From an uncultured Gemmatimonadales bacterium (GTDB lineage: Bacteria > Gemmatimonadota > Gemmatimonadetes > Gemmatimonadales > GWC2-71-9): 64,000 nt of DNA. The DNA lies in the NCBI GenBank assembly GCA_963771275.1, contig CAVYSW010000003.1, forward strand, positions 32,001 through 96,000. Direction: 5' to 3'. A model generated the notes under the pieces. That model had not been told where the DNA came from. It worked only from the letters and a program-made list of their open reading frames with translations, and ran no database searches. Made by a program: the position numbers and the translations under genes. This document shows, piece by piece, positions 9,985 to 19,880 of the stretch (within the stretch, counting starts at the first letter, position 1; every line of letters starts with the position of its first letter).

Positions 9985-10034
9985 GGCCCGAATCGGGAAC
10001 CTCGCACCGGCGCCCCGCCCGGTCCCCTGCCGCG

Positions 10035-10066
10035 TTTGACGTGCCGCCCGGTCGCGCCGTAGCTTG
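10035..10066 (+). promoter_or_regulatory. Housekeeping-type promoter of the aldo/keto reductase gene
   Basis: TTGACG (10036-10041), 18 nt, TAGCTT (10060-10065). Confidence 0.6.
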
Positions 10067-10134
10067 TAGGCCTCGCAGGGCCTGCGGCTCGACGCCGAGC
10101 CGCCTGTCTATCCATCACGTACCGGGAGCCGACC

Positions 10135-11112
10135 ATGGTCAGCCGCCGCGAATGGCTTGGGATCACCCTGGGGGCCGGGGCCACGCTCGCCCTCCCTCCC
10201 CGCCTGCTCCGGGCATTGCAGCAAGGGCAGCTGATGCAGCGCGCCATCCCCTCGACCGGCGAGATGCTGCCCGTGATCGGCCTGGGCAGCTCGGCCACGT
10301 TCTCGCAGCTGGCGCGGCGGGATGAAGTGGACGCGCTCAAGGCCGTCATCAAGACGATGGTGGACCGGGGCGCCAAGGTGTTCGACACCGCGCCCGGCTA
10401 CGGGGCATCCGAGCAGGTGGCGGGCGACATCGCCAACGATTTGGGCGTGGCTTCGAAGATCTTCTGGGCAACCAAGGTCAACGTCGCGGGCCGGGGCGGC
10501 TCGGCCGACCCCGCGGCCGCGCGCGCGCAGATCGAGGCCTCGTTCCAGAAATTCCGGGTCCCGAAGATCGACCTGATCCAGGTGCACAATCTGGCCGACG
10601 TGCCCACGCAGCTCGGCATTCTCAAGGAGCTGAAGCAGCAAGGGAGGATCCGCTATCTCGGCGTGACGACCACCAGCAACAGCCAGTACGCCGAGCTCGA
10701 GCAGGTCATGCGCAACGAGCCGCTCGACTTCATCGGCATCGACTACGCCGTCGACAACCGCGACGTCGAGCCCACGATCCTGCCGCTCGCGATCGAGCGG
10801 AAGATCGGCGTGCTCGTGTATGTCCCGTTCGGCCGCACGCGCCTGTTCCAGCGCGTCGGCGACCAGCCGCTGCCCGCGTGGGCCAAGGAGTTCGACGCCG
10901 CATCATGGGCGCAGTTCTTCCTGAAGTACGTGATCGCTCACCCCGCGGTCACCGCGGCGACGCCCGCCACGAGCAACGCCGAGCACATGGTGGACGACCT
11001 CGGCGGCGGCATTGGCCGCCTCCCGGACGACGCGATGCGGAAACGGATGGCGGAGTTCGTCGACGCGTTGCCGCCGGCACCACCGCGGCGCGGGCCCGGC
11101 GGAGGGCGTTGA
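10135..11112 (+). CDS. Aldo/keto reductase with Tat signal peptide
   Basis: SRREWL twin-arginine leader; FDTAPGYG, ATKV, IDLIQVHN, GRIRYLGVT. Confidence 0.92.
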   Translation: MVSRREWLGITLGAGATLALPPRLLRALQQGQLMQRAIPSTGEMLPVIGLGSSATFSQLARRDEVDALKAVIKTMVDRGAKVFDTAPGYGASEQVAGDIANDLGVASKIFWATKVNVAGRGGSADPAAARAQIEASFQKFRVPKIDLIQVHNLADVPTQLGILKELKQQGRIRYLGVTTTSNSQYAELEQVMRNEPLDFIGIDYAVDNRDVEPTILPLAIERKIGVLVYVPFGRTRLFQRVGDQPLPAWAKEFDAASWAQFFLKYVIAHPAVTAATPATSNAEHMVDDLGGGIGRLPDDAMRKRMAEFVDALPPAPPRRGPGGGR

Positions 11113-11121
11113 TCGCGACGC

Positions 11122-11580
11122 TTACGGTGCCGCGGCCTGGTTGCCGATATCCAGGGCGACCTTCCACGATCCGTCGGACTGGCGCCGCCACAGCGTGACG
11201 TAGTTGCCGCGCGCCACGACGGAGTCGCCGGTCGCCGTCCGCACCACCGACTCCCAGTGGCCCAGGGTGTACGCCAGGTCGCCGGCCGCGGCGACGACCG
11301 CCGTATCGGGGTCCCAGCGGAGCGCCGTCGTGGTGTCCGCGAAGGCCGGAACCATGAGCGCGCGGATCGCGTCGCGGCCGTCCACGTAGCCGCGCTGCCG
11401 GTACATCCGGCCATCGGGCGCGAAGGAGGCCGCCCAGCCCTCTCCCCCGCGTTCCGCGGTGGCTCTGGCGAAGGCACGATCGGCCTCCATCACCTCGCGC
11501 GGATTGGGTGGCGGGCCCCAGGGCGCACACCCGGTCATCGCGGCCCCCACCACGACTGCCAGCACAACGGGTAGTCGCAT
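11122..11580 (-). CDS. NTF2-like / DUF4440 (SnoaL-like) lipoprotein
   Basis: Lipobox MTGC; GDLAYTLG, GNYVTLWRRQSDGSWKVALDIGN. Confidence 0.88.
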   Translation of the reverse strand: MRLPVVLAVVVGAAMTGCAPWGPPPNPREVMEADRAFARATAERGGEGWAASFAPDGRMYRQRGYVDGRDAIRALMVPAFADTTTALRWDPDTAVVAAAGDLAYTLGHWESVVRTATGDSVVARGNYVTLWRRQSDGSWKVALDIGNQAAAP

Positions 11581-11627
11581 CGCTTCCCTCCCCCGGCGGG
11601 CGCCGGGCATCTGTCGGTCCGGTCGGC

Positions 11628-12467
11628 CTACGAACCGGCCCCGTCTTCAAGCATGTCCCGCAGGCGGGCGGCCGCCACCCGGTCGAGCCGGGCGGAGCGC
11701 AGCGCCTCCAGGCCCAGCGCGCGATACACGGCCGCCACGTCGGGCGGGAGCACGGCCAGGTGCGCCGCGACCGTCTCCACGTCCCCCCGCACGATCGGGC
11801 CCGTGAGCGCCTGCAGACCTTCGACCCGCACGTTGTCCAGGGTCCCCTGCATCAGCGCGACCAGCCCCGCGCGCGCATCGTCGGACGCGAGGCCCGCATC
11901 CGTCAGGAGGCGCTCGGTCAGCCCCGCGAGGACCACGAGGTAGTTCGACGCGATGGCCGCGGCGGCGTGATACAGCGGCTTGGCGCCCGCCTCGAGTCGT
12001 ACCGGTCGCATCCCGACGTCGCGCGCCAGCCGCTCCGCGGCGCGGACCGCCGCGGCATCACCCGTGAGGGCGGCGAGCGCTCCGCGGAAGCGCTCCGGTG
12101 CCGATTCCGGGCGAGCGATCGCCTGCAGCGGATGCAGCACGCCGAGCGCCGCCCCGCTCGGTCGCAACGCGATGAGCGGCTCGATGCCGAGCATGCCCGA
12201 CAGGTGCAGCACGACGTGCCGGCCCGTGATCGCCTGCGCCCCAGCCACCTCGCGGGCGGCAGGCTCGATGGCCCCGTCGCGCACGGCGAGCACCACGACG
12301 TCGGCACGTCCAAGCCAGTCCGGCATGCCGCCCCAGGAAAGACGAAGCGGCGGGGGAACGTCCTTCCCCCGCCGCCCATGGAGCCAGACCTCGTGACCGG
12401 CCTCGGTCAGCGCCAGCGCGAGACCGATGCCCGCGCGGCCCGGTCCGATGATGCCGATCCCGCTCAA
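11628..12467 (-). CDS. Rossmann-like + DUF2520 protein (PanG-like ketopantoate reductase candidate)
   Basis: IGIIGPGRAG, HLSG, LHPLQ, YHAAAAIASN, ALTGPIVRGD. Confidence 0.88.
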   Translation of the reverse strand: MSGIGIIGPGRAGIGLALALTEAGHEVWLHGRRGKDVPPPLRLSWGGMPDWLGRADVVVLAVRDGAIEPAAREVAGAQAITGRHVVLHLSGMLGIEPLIALRPSGAALGVLHPLQAIARPESAPERFRGALAALTGDAAAVRAAERLARDVGMRPVRLEAGAKPLYHAAAAIASNYLVVLAGLTERLLTDAGLASDDARAGLVALMQGTLDNVRVEGLQALTGPIVRGDVETVAAHLAVLPPDVAAVYRALGLEALRSARLDRVAAARLRDMLEDGAGS

Positions 12468-14098
12468 TGCGAAGGACTCGTCTCCGGCCGCGCGGCGAGC
12501 GCCAGCAGCTCTGCCGGTGATTTCGCGCGCGCGAGCAGCGCGGTGGCCTCGCGCACCTGCGGATCGCGGGCGAGCTGCCGCCGGATCTCGAGGTCACGCC
12601 CGAACACGAAGCGCGCGATCTCGTCGCCAAGCTGCTCGTCCAGGAAGCCTGCCGCCCCGGCATACAGCGAATCCGGCAGCGTGATGCCGTGCTGCTTGAG
12701 CTGGGCCACCAGCTCGGCGCGCATCGCCGCGGTCACGCGGAACATGGGGTCGGTCACCCCGTTCCGGCCCTTGACCTCGAGCGCGTCGGCCGTGAGCGCG
12801 GCGCGGTACTCCGGCACGCGCGACCCGATGGCCCGGGCAAACGCCTGCTCCTTCGTCGTCAGCGTGTCCGGGGTCACCACCCGGTCCGGCGCGATCCCGC
12901 CGCCGCCGAACACCAGGCGGCCGGCGTCGGTGTGGAACCGCGGCCGCGTCGTGTCGGGCGCGGCGGCGGTGGTATCCGCGGTATCGACGCTGTCGTCCGG
13001 TGCCGCCTGCGCGATCGCCGCGCCGCCGCGCCTGACCGGCCGCTCGAGCTGCCGGCCGCTCGGCGTGAACCACCGGCCCGTCGTGAGCTTGAGGGCCTGC
13101 GGCCCCGGCCCCAGCTCGTAGACCGATTGCACGAGCCCCTTGCCGAAGCTGGTCGTGCCCACGATCAGGGCCCGATCGTGATCCTGCAGCGCCCCGGCGA
13201 TGATCTCCGCCGCGCTCGCCGAGTTGCCGTTCTGCAGCACCACGATCGGCATGTCCGGCCACTTCTGGGGGGTCGAGGCCTTGAACACCCCCGACGCGCC
13301 GGGAGCGCGGCCGCGGGTTTCGACCACGATCTTCCCGCGGTCGAGGAACAGATCGGAAACGGCTACCCCTTCGTTCAGCAGCCCGCCGGGGTTGTTGCGC
13401 AGGTCGAGAATCAGCGACTTGGCGCCCTGTTGCCGCAGCCGGTCGATCTCGCTGCCCAGCTCCGCCGCGGACGCTTCGCTCACCTGGGTCAACTTCACGA
13501 ACCCGACGCCGCCCGGCAGGACAGTCCCGCCTTCGATGGACCGCACGTGGATCCGCTCGCGCACGATCCGGAACTTGATCGGGTCCGCGACGCCGGGACG
13601 GACCACCGTGATGTCCGCCGCCTGGCCGGGCTCCCCGCGCAGCCGGCTCACCGCCCGGTCCACCGGCCACTCGTGGGTCGACTCCCCGTTCACCTCGACG
13701 ATGCGGTCACCGGCCTGCACGCCCGCCCGCTCCGCCGGCGTGTCGGGCAGCGGGGCCACAATCTGGATCCAGCCGTCGCTCGACTCGATCCGGATGCCGA
13801 GCCCGCCGTAGTTGCCCGTGGTGGTGACGCTCAGGGCCTCGACGTCGGCCGGACGGAGAAAGGTCGTGTAGGGATCGTTCAGCTCCCGCAGCACCCCGTC
13901 GATCGCGAGGTCGTAGATGTGCCCCTCGCTCAGCGAGTCGACGTAGTACTCGGAGAGATAGGCGACGACACTCTCGAACAGCCGCGCCTTCTGGTAGACG
14001 TTCCCCGCGTGCTCGCTGCCGCGCTGCAGCAGCCACCCGCCGGACAAGAACGCGACGAACCCGACCAAACCGAACAGCGCGATGTTCCTGCGTTTCAT
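12464..14098 (-). CDS. ctpA: S41 carboxyl-terminal processing protease (PDZ)
   Basis: LNDPYT, PDZ GGLGI, LILDLRNNPGG, SASAAEI, GTTSFGKGLVQ. Confidence 0.95.
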   Translation of the reverse strand: MKRRNIALFGLVGFVAFLSGGWLLQRGSEHAGNVYQKARLFESVVAYLSEYYVDSLSEGHIYDLAIDGVLRELNDPYTTFLRPADVEALSVTTTGNYGGLGIRIESSDGWIQIVAPLPDTPAERAGVQAGDRIVEVNGESTHEWPVDRAVSRLRGEPGQAADITVVRPGVADPIKFRIVRERIHVRSIEGGTVLPGGVGFVKLTQVSEASAAELGSEIDRLRQQGAKSLILDLRNNPGGLLNEGVAVSDLFLDRGKIVVETRGRAPGASGVFKASTPQKWPDMPIVVLQNGNSASAAEIIAGALQDHDRALIVGTTSFGKGLVQSVYELGPGPQALKLTTGRWFTPSGRQLERPVRRGGAAIAQAAPDDSVDTADTTAAAPDTTRPRFHTDAGRLVFGGGGIAPDRVVTPDTLTTKEQAFARAIGSRVPEYRAALTADALEVKGRNGVTDPMFRVTAAMRAELVAQLKQHGITLPDSLYAGAAGFLDEQLGDEIARFVFGRDLEIRRQLARDPQVREATALLARAKSPAELLALAARPETSPSH

Positions 14099-14125
14099 GA
14101 TTGCTCTCCGCGGCCCCGGGGGTAT

Positions 14126-14764
14126 CTATTCAACCCGCCCAACGCCCAAGTGTTTCCCACAGTGCTCGAGCACCGCCGCCCACGCGGCTGCTTCCACCGC
14201 CGCCGCCGGGCCGGTGCCGTCGAGGTGCATGATGCCCGGTCCCCGGGCGTCGCGGAATGCCGCCACGACGCGCGCGTGGAATCCCGGGTCCGCGCGCTCC
14301 AGGCGATCGGGCACCTTGCCCTCCGCTTCCTGCCGAGCCCGTCCCAGCGTCGCCGGCACGTCGAGCACCAGCGTGCAATCCGGCGCGAGGCCACCCGTCG
14401 CGAGCCGGTTCGCGCCCTGCACCGCTGCCGCGTCCAGCCCCCGGCCCGCGACCTGGTACGCCATGGTGGACAGGTCGTAGCGGTCGCACACGACCGGCCG
14501 TCCCGCGTCCAGCGCGGGGCGGATCACCTTGGCGACCAGGTCGGCGCGCGCGGCCAGCAGCAGGAACAGCTCCGCGAGCGGCGCCACGTCCAGCGCGGGA
14601 TCGAGGAACGCCGCCCGCGCGGCCTCGGCGACCGGCGTTCCTCCCGGCTCGCGCACTTCCACCGGCGCGAGGCCCCGGGCCGCGAGCCGTCGCGCCAGCG
14701 CCCGGGCCAGCGTGGACTTGCCCGCGCCCTCCGGCCCCTCGATCACCAGGAACAGTCCGGGCAC
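14126..14764 (-). CDS. tmk: dTMP kinase
   Basis: IEGPEGAGKST, REPGGT, CDRYDLSTMAYQ. Confidence 0.96.
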   Translation of the reverse strand: MPGLFLVIEGPEGAGKSTLARALARRLAARGLAPVEVREPGGTPVAEAARAAFLDPALDVAPLAELFLLLAARADLVAKVIRPALDAGRPVVCDRYDLSTMAYQVAGRGLDAAAVQGANRLATGGLAPDCTLVLDVPATLGRARQEAEGKVPDRLERADPGFHARVVAAFRDARGPGIMHLDGTGPAAAVEAAAWAAVLEHCGKHLGVGRVE

Positions 14765-14770
14765 GCGTCG

Positions 14771-15124
14771 TCAGCTCAGGGTGATGATCGGACTGGCGGC
14801 GCCGCGCTTGATCCCCTCCAGGATCTGCTCGTTCACCCGCAGCATGAGCTTGTCGAAGTTCGACTGCGCGGCCACGACCGACTGGTAGCGTGGATCGGCC
14901 TGGATCACGCTGAGCAGGGCGTTGTACTCGTTGACCGCGGCCTCCGGGGGATCCTGCTCGCTCATGGCGACGCGCTCGAGCTGCTCGGCCAGGGCGTGGA
15001 GGTGGCTCATCCGGTCCTGCAGCTCGCGCTCGTCCTTGACGCGCTCGTGAGCCTGCCGCAGCGCCTTGTATTCGTCGCTCTGCCCGATGAGCCGGCCGAG
15101 GTCGATGGCTCGTTCTGCGATCAC
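14771..15124 (-). CDS. YlbF/YheA (Com_YlbF) family protein
   Basis: 117-aa helical protein (A.DLG.LI.QS.EYK.L...AQSNFDKLM..VNEQI); GTG overlaps the prmC stop, with AAGGAG RBS. Confidence 0.75.
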   Translation of the reverse strand: MIAERAIDLGRLIGQSDEYKALRQAHERVKDERELQDRMSHLHALAEQLERVAMSEQDPPEAAVNEYNALLSVIQADPRYQSVVAAQSNFDKLMLRVNEQILEGIKRGAASPIITLS

Positions 15125-15993
15125 GCGATCTCCTTCGTGGCGAGTAGGTACCGCGGGCGCCCGAAGAGATCTTCCTCGACCCGCACCACCGTCCAGCCGA
15201 GGGCCCCTGCGAGCGCGGCGCCCGCGGACGCCCGGCTGCAATCTACTTCCAGCGCGAGCAGCCCGCCCGGGGCAAGCAGGGGCCGCGCCATGCGAAGCAG
15301 CGCCTCGGTGTGCCGCTGGCCGTCGGCCCCGCTCACGAGCGCCGCGCGCGGCTCGAACGCCCGCACGTCCGGCTCCGCCGCCTCCCACTCCGCGTCGGTC
15401 AGGTACGGCGGATTGGCGACGATCACGTCCACGACCTCGCCGCGCAGCGCCCACAGCAGATCGCCCTCGCGGAACTCGACGGGCGTGCGCGGCGCCAGGC
15501 GCGCGTGGTTTTCCGCAGCGAGCGCCAACGCGTCGGTCGCAACGTCGCTCGCGATGATCTTGGCGAAGGTGCCCTCGCAGGCGAGGCTCAGGGCGACGCA
15601 GCCGCTGCCGGTCCCGATGTCGGCCGCGATGCCCCAGCGCCCGCGCGCCCGGGCCCAGGCGAGCACCCGCTCGACCAGCCCCTCCGTCTCGGGCCGGGGA
15701 ATCAGCACCCGCTCGTCCACCGTGAGCTCGAGCGTGCGGAACGCGGCCGTGCCCGCCGCGTACGCGAACGGCACCCCCTCCAGGCGGCGCGCCACCGCGC
15801 GCTCGAAGCGGGCGACCAGGTCGGGCGCGGGCCGCTCGGCGCGGCGGCGCCAGGCTTCGCCCGAGGTGGTCCCCGCGACCGCGCCCCACAGCCGGAGCGC
15901 GCCGCGCCGCGGCTGGCTGAACCCGGCAGCGGCGAAGGCCTGCGTGGCGTCCGCGACAACGTCTCCCACGGACCGGACGATCGTCGTGCTCAC
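15121..15993 (-). CDS. prmC: Release factor glutamine methyltransferase
   Basis: [22 protein letters not shown]; follows prfA. Confidence 0.96.
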   Translation of the reverse strand: MSTTIVRSVGDVVADATQAFAAAGFSQPRRGALRLWGAVAGTTSGEAWRRRAERPAPDLVARFERAVARRLEGVPFAYAAGTAAFRTLELTVDERVLIPRPETEGLVERVLAWARARGRWGIAADIGTGSGCVALSLACEGTFAKIIASDVATDALALAAENHARLAPRTPVEFREGDLLWALRGEVVDVIVANPPYLTDAEWEAAEPDVRAFEPRAALVSGADGQRHTEALLRMARPLLAPGGLLALEVDCSRASAGAALAGALGWTVVRVEEDLFGRPRYLLATKEIA

Positions 15994-17045
15994 GCCCCCA
16001 GCTCCGTGCGCCGCGCGGCCTGCAACCGGGTCACCAGCTCATCGAGCGCGCCGTCCATGACGTCTCCGAGCGAGTAGACGGTGAAGTTGATCCGGTGGTC
16101 GGTGACGCGGTTCTGCGGGAAATTGTACGTTCGGATCTTGGCCGACCGGTCGCCCGTCCCCACCATGGCGCGTCGCTCGCGCGCCCGCGCCGCTTCCTGC
16201 TCGGCGATCCTGCGATCGAGCAGGCGCGCCCGCAGCACCTCCAGCGCCCGGAGCTTGTTCTGCAGCTGGGATTTCTGGTCCTGGCACTGCACCACGATCC
16301 CCGTGGGGACGTGCGTCACCCGCACGGCCGAGTCGGTCGTGTTGACGCTCTGGCCGCCCGGACCCGAGGACCGGAACACGTCGATCTTCAGGTCCTTCTC
16401 CTCGATCTTGACGTCGATCTCTTCGGCCTCCGGCAGGACGGCGATCGTGGCGGCCGACGTGTGAATCCGCCCTTGGGCCTCGGTCTCCGGAACCCGCTGG
16501 ACTCGGTGCACGCCGGACTCGTGGCGCAGCAGGCCGTAGGCACGCTCGCCGCGTACCGCCAGGATCGCTTCCTTGATGCCGCCGAGGTTGCCTTCGTGCA
16601 GCTCGAGGATTTCGACGCGCCAGCCCCGGCGCTCGCCGAACCGGGTGTACATGCGCAGCAGATCGGCCGCGAACAGGGCGGCTTCGTCGCCGCCCGTCCC
16701 CGCCCGTAGCTCCATGATCACGTTGCGGTCGTCGAGCGGGTCGGGCGGGACCAGCAGCTCGTCGAGCTCCTGCGTCGCGCTCTCGACTGCGGGGCTGAGC
16801 CGCTCGGCATCGGCGCGCGCCAGCTCCGCCAGGGCCGGATCGGCATCGCGCGCGAGCTCGCGCGCCTGGGTCAGTTCATCGGTGAGCTTGTGCAGACGGC
16901 GGGCAACCTGGCGCAGGCGGTCCAGCCGGGCGTGCTCGCGGCCGAGCGCCTTGAGCTGCTGCGGGTTTCGCGCCGTCGCCGGGTCGGCGAGCGCGTGCTC
17001 GACCTCCTCGGCGCGGGCCAGCGCGGCGGCGAGCCGCGCGTCCAC
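15990..17045 (-). CDS. prfA: Peptide chain release factor 1
   Basis: [14 protein letters not shown] tripeptide (RVPETE), [26 protein letters not shown] start at 17045. Confidence 0.97.
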   Translation of the reverse strand: MDARLAAALARAEEVEHALADPATARNPQQLKALGREHARLDRLRQVARRLHKLTDELTQARELARDADPALAELARADAERLSPAVESATQELDELLVPPDPLDDRNVIMELRAGTGGDEAALFAADLLRMYTRFGERRGWRVEILELHEGNLGGIKEAILAVRGERAYGLLRHESGVHRVQRVPETEAQGRIHTSAATIAVLPEAEEIDVKIEEKDLKIDVFRSSGPGGQSVNTTDSAVRVTHVPTGIVVQCQDQKSQLQNKLRALEVLRARLLDRRIAEQEAARARERRAMVGTGDRSAKIRTYNFPQNRVTDHRINFTVYSLGDVMDGALDELVTRLQAARRTELGA

Positions 17046-17047
17046 GG

Positions 17048-17266
17048 TCAGGTCCCCTGCGCCGCGCCGCTCCGGCCGTACCGTCGGTGGAACCGCTCCA
17101 CGCGCCCGGCGGTATCGATCAGCTTCTGCTTGCCCGTGTAGTACGGGTGACACTTGGCGCAGATTTCGACGTGGATCGCAGGCGTCGTCGAGCGCGTCTC
17201 GAACGTGTTGCCGCACGCGCAGATGACGGTGGCCCGCTGATAGTTGGGATGGATGTTCTGCTTCAC
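17048..17266 (-). CDS. rpmE: 50S ribosomal protein L31 (Zn-binding type)
   Basis: [12 protein letters not shown]...[14 protein letters not shown]...GRVERF. Confidence 0.97.
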   Translation of the reverse strand: MKQNIHPNYQRATVICACGNTFETRSTTPAIHVEICAKCHPYYTGKQKLIDTAGRVERFHRRYGRSGAAQGT

Positions 17267-17307
17267 GGCCTTGGCTCCCGTGGGTGTGCTGGTATGCGAA
17301 AGCTTGG

Positions 17308-17339
17308 AAATATAGACGGGACATGGACTTGGCGGCAAG
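17308..17339 (-). promoter_or_regulatory. Promoter of the rpmE-prfA operon
   Basis: Minus-strand TTGCCG (17338-17333), 18 nt, TATATT (17314-17309). Confidence 0.65.
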
Positions 17340-17356
17340 CTCCCCGCCGCAGTCCA

Positions 17357-17388
17357 TTTGACACGCCCCCGCACCGGCACGTAATTTC
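17357..17388 (+). promoter_or_regulatory. Promoter of the Crp/Fnr regulator gene
   Basis: TTGACA (17358-17363), 18 nt, TAATTT (17382-17387). Confidence 0.7.
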
Positions 17389-17427
17389 GCGCGTTCGTTG
17401 AGGTTACCCGCGTTCGAGGCACCACCG

Positions 17428-18099
17428 ATGACCGTGACCGAGACGCTGCGCGCCGTCCCGCTTTTCGCCCATCTCGGAGATGATGAGCTGCGCCACGTCG
17501 CGGCGGCAGTGCGGGAGCGCAGCTACCCCAAGCAGAGCATCATCCTGTTCGAGGACGACCCGGGCGACGCGCTCTACGTCGTGGTCGCCGGCCAGGTCAA
17601 GGTCGTCCTGATCGGCGAGGACGGGCGGGAGGTGATTCTGTCGGTGCTGGGGGCGGGGAACTTCTTCGGCGAGATGGCCCTGATCGACGACCAGCCGCGC
17701 TCCGCCCATGTCATCGCGATGGAGGACGCCCGGCTGCTGGTGCTGCGGCGCGAGGACTTCCAGCGCGCGCTCGAGGAGACGCCGCGCATCGCGCTCGGCC
17801 TGCTGCGCGCGCTGTCGGGGCGGCTGCGCCGGGCCGACGACAAGATCGGCGGGCTGGTGCTGCTGGACGTGCTGGGGCGCGTTGCGCGGGTGCTGCTCGA
17901 GCTCGCCGACGAGGAGCGCGACGGCTGGATCACGCGGCGTCTCACGCACCACACGATTGCGCAGATGATCGGCTCGACCCGGGAGACCGTCTCCCGGACG
18001 ATGCGCGAGCTCGCCACGCGCGGGCTGATCGAGGTGTCGCGCCGGGGCATCCGGATTGCGGACCGAACGGCGCTGCGCACGGCGGCCCGCCTGCCGTGA
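17428..18099 (+). CDS. Crp/Fnr family transcriptional regulator (cNMP-binding, CRP-like HTH)
   Basis: [13 protein letters not shown] cNMP pocket; [12 protein letters not shown]. Confidence 0.94.
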   Translation: MTVTETLRAVPLFAHLGDDELRHVAAAVRERSYPKQSIILFEDDPGDALYVVVAGQVKVVLIGEDGREVILSVLGAGNFFGEMALIDDQPRSAHVIAMEDARLLVLRREDFQRALEETPRIALGLLRALSGRLRRADDKIGGLVLLDVLGRVARVLLELADEERDGWITRRLTHHTIAQMIGSTRETVSRTMRELATRGLIEVSRRGIRIADRTALRTAARLP

Positions 18100-18161
18100 G
18101 CGCCGTCACCGGGGGCGCGTGAGCGACCGGCTTGCCCCCCGACGGGCAGAAACCCTACTAT
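18095..18161 (+). promoter_or_regulatory. Promoter of the MBL hydrolase gene with upstream CRP-like box
   Basis: CGTGA-N6-TCACC (18095-18110); TTGCCC (18132-18137), 18 nt, TACTAT (18156-18161). Confidence 0.5.
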
Positions 18162-18190
18162 GAGTGCGACATGCGCAATCAGCCGGGCTC

Positions 18191-19066
18191 ATGACCTATA
18201 GCGTCACGATCTGGGGAGCCCGTGGCTCGATTCCCACACCGGGGCCGCAGACCGCGCGCTACGGCGGCAATACGCCCTGCGTCGGGGTGGAGGCGGACGG
18301 TCCGGGAGGCCGGCGGCTCGTGGTGCTCGACGCCGGCACCGGCATCCGGCCGCTCGGGCGGAAGCTGGCCGAGGCGGCGCGCGGCGGCCTGGCGGTGGAC
18401 CTCCTGCTGTCGCATACGCACTGGGATCACATCCAGGGCCTGCCGTTTTTCGCCCCGCTGTTCGAGCCGCTGAACGCCGTCCGGATCTGGGGTCCCCGGC
18501 AGGGTCGCGTGGATCTGGAACGAATCCTGCGCGAACAGATGAATCCGGTGGTCTTCCCGGTGCCCCTGGACCAGGCGGACGCGTTCCTCTCGGTCACGCA
18601 CGTGGAGCCGGGGAGCTTCGACGTGGGCGGGTTTCGGGCGCGCGCCATGACGCTCCGCCACCCCGGCACGACCCTGGCGTACCGGCTGGTGCCGGACGGC
18701 GGCGGACCGAGCCTGGTGTACGTAACCGACAATGAGCTGGGGCCGGGCGGGACGTACGACGTCGGGCCGCGTTGGCGCGAGGAGCTGGTCGCGTTCGTGG
18801 ACGGAGCGGACGTGCTGATCCACGACGCCATGTTCACGGTCGCGGAGCTGGGACAGTTCAGCGGCTGGGGGCATTCCACCGGGGCGGAGGCCGTCCGCCT
18901 CGCGGCGGACGCCGGCGTGGGACGCCTGGTACTGTTCCACCACCGACCGGAGCGCGACGACCCGGGGATGGACGCGTTCGTCGCCGAAGCACAGGGTCTG
19001 GCCGCCCGCGAGCACCGCGGGCTCGACGTGGTGGCGGCGACGGAAGGGCTGCGGCTCAACCTTTAG
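18191..19066 (+). CDS. MBL-fold metallo-hydrolase (putative cyclic-nucleotide phosphodiesterase)
   Basis: WGARGSIPTPG, RYGGNTPC, LDAGTG, SHTHWDHIQG, TDNE, WGHS, LFHH. Confidence 0.9.
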   Translation: MTYSVTIWGARGSIPTPGPQTARYGGNTPCVGVEADGPGGRRLVVLDAGTGIRPLGRKLAEAARGGLAVDLLLSHTHWDHIQGLPFFAPLFEPLNAVRIWGPRQGRVDLERILREQMNPVVFPVPLDQADAFLSVTHVEPGSFDVGGFRARAMTLRHPGTTLAYRLVPDGGGPSLVYVTDNELGPGGTYDVGPRWREELVAFVDGADVLIHDAMFTVAELGQFSGWGHSTGAEAVRLAADAGVGRLVLFHHRPERDDPGMDAFVAEAQGLAAREHRGLDVVAATEGLRLNL

Positions 19067-19076
19067 CGGGAGGCTG

Positions 19077-19790
19077 ATGACTATGCGCTGGCGTTCCCTT
19101 CGTACTCTGGCAGCGGCCGCGGGCCTCAGTGCCGCGATGACCGGGGCGCTCCGCGCCCAGGACAGCCGTCCGGGCCTCGCCGTGCTGCCGTTCGTCAACG
19201 GCGGCTCGTACGGCCAGGATCCGGAGAACTATCAGGCGCTCGAGGTGGGAATCCAGCAGATGATGACCACCGAGCTCGCCCAGAACCCCGCCCTGCGCGT
19301 CGTGGACCGCTCGAACATCAAGAACCTGATGACCGAGCAGGACATCGGCGCGTCGGGTCGGGTCGACGCGGGCACGGCGGCGCGGCTGGGCAAGCTGGTC
19401 GGCGCCAAGTACATGATCATGGGCGGGTTCACCGACCTGTACGGCAACATGCGACTCGACATCTCCGTCGTGAGCACCGAAACCTCCGAAATCGTGCGGG
19501 CGGAGAAGGTGACGTTCAAGCGGGACGAGCTGTTCTCCGGCGTGGTGGACGCCGCCAAGGTGATCACCGCCGGGCTCAAGCTCCCCGAGCTGCCCAAGGA
19601 GTCCCAGGCCAAGCGTGACGAGCGCGCGCGCGAGATCAACCGGACGCAGGCGGTGAGCTACTACACGCGCGGCCTGTTGTACGCCGACCGCGGCGATACG
19701 GCGCGTGCCAAGGAGCTGTTCGCCAAGGCGCTGCAGGAGTTCCCCAACTACACCGAGGCTCAGCAGGCCCTGAATCAGCTCGGGAGCTGA
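19077..19790 (+). CDS. Secreted CsgG/TolB_N-like protein with C-terminal TPR
   Basis: Signal peptide; AVLPFVN...LRVVDRSNIKNLMTEQ...AARLGKLVGAKY; TPR-like YTRGLLYADRGD...A..LF.KAL..FPNYTEA. Confidence 0.8.
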   Translation: MTMRWRSLRTLAAAAGLSAAMTGALRAQDSRPGLAVLPFVNGGSYGQDPENYQALEVGIQQMMTTELAQNPALRVVDRSNIKNLMTEQDIGASGRVDAGTAARLGKLVGAKYMIMGGFTDLYGNMRLDISVVSTETSEIVRAEKVTFKRDELFSGVVDAAKVITAGLKLPELPKESQAKRDERAREINRTQAVSYYTRGLLYADRGDTARAKELFAKALQEFPNYTEAQQALNQLGS

Positions 19791-19880
19791 CCTGGCGCGC
19801 TTCTTCGTTCGCGCGGTCACGGCCTGGCTCGGCCGGCCGCGCGCGGGCCGGGCGGATCCGGACACGACCCGGGACGAGCG

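Noticed and set aside
12689..16060. 1123-aa plus-strand ORF
   Set aside because: Antisense to ctpA/tmk/prmC; low-complexity artefact of high GC.
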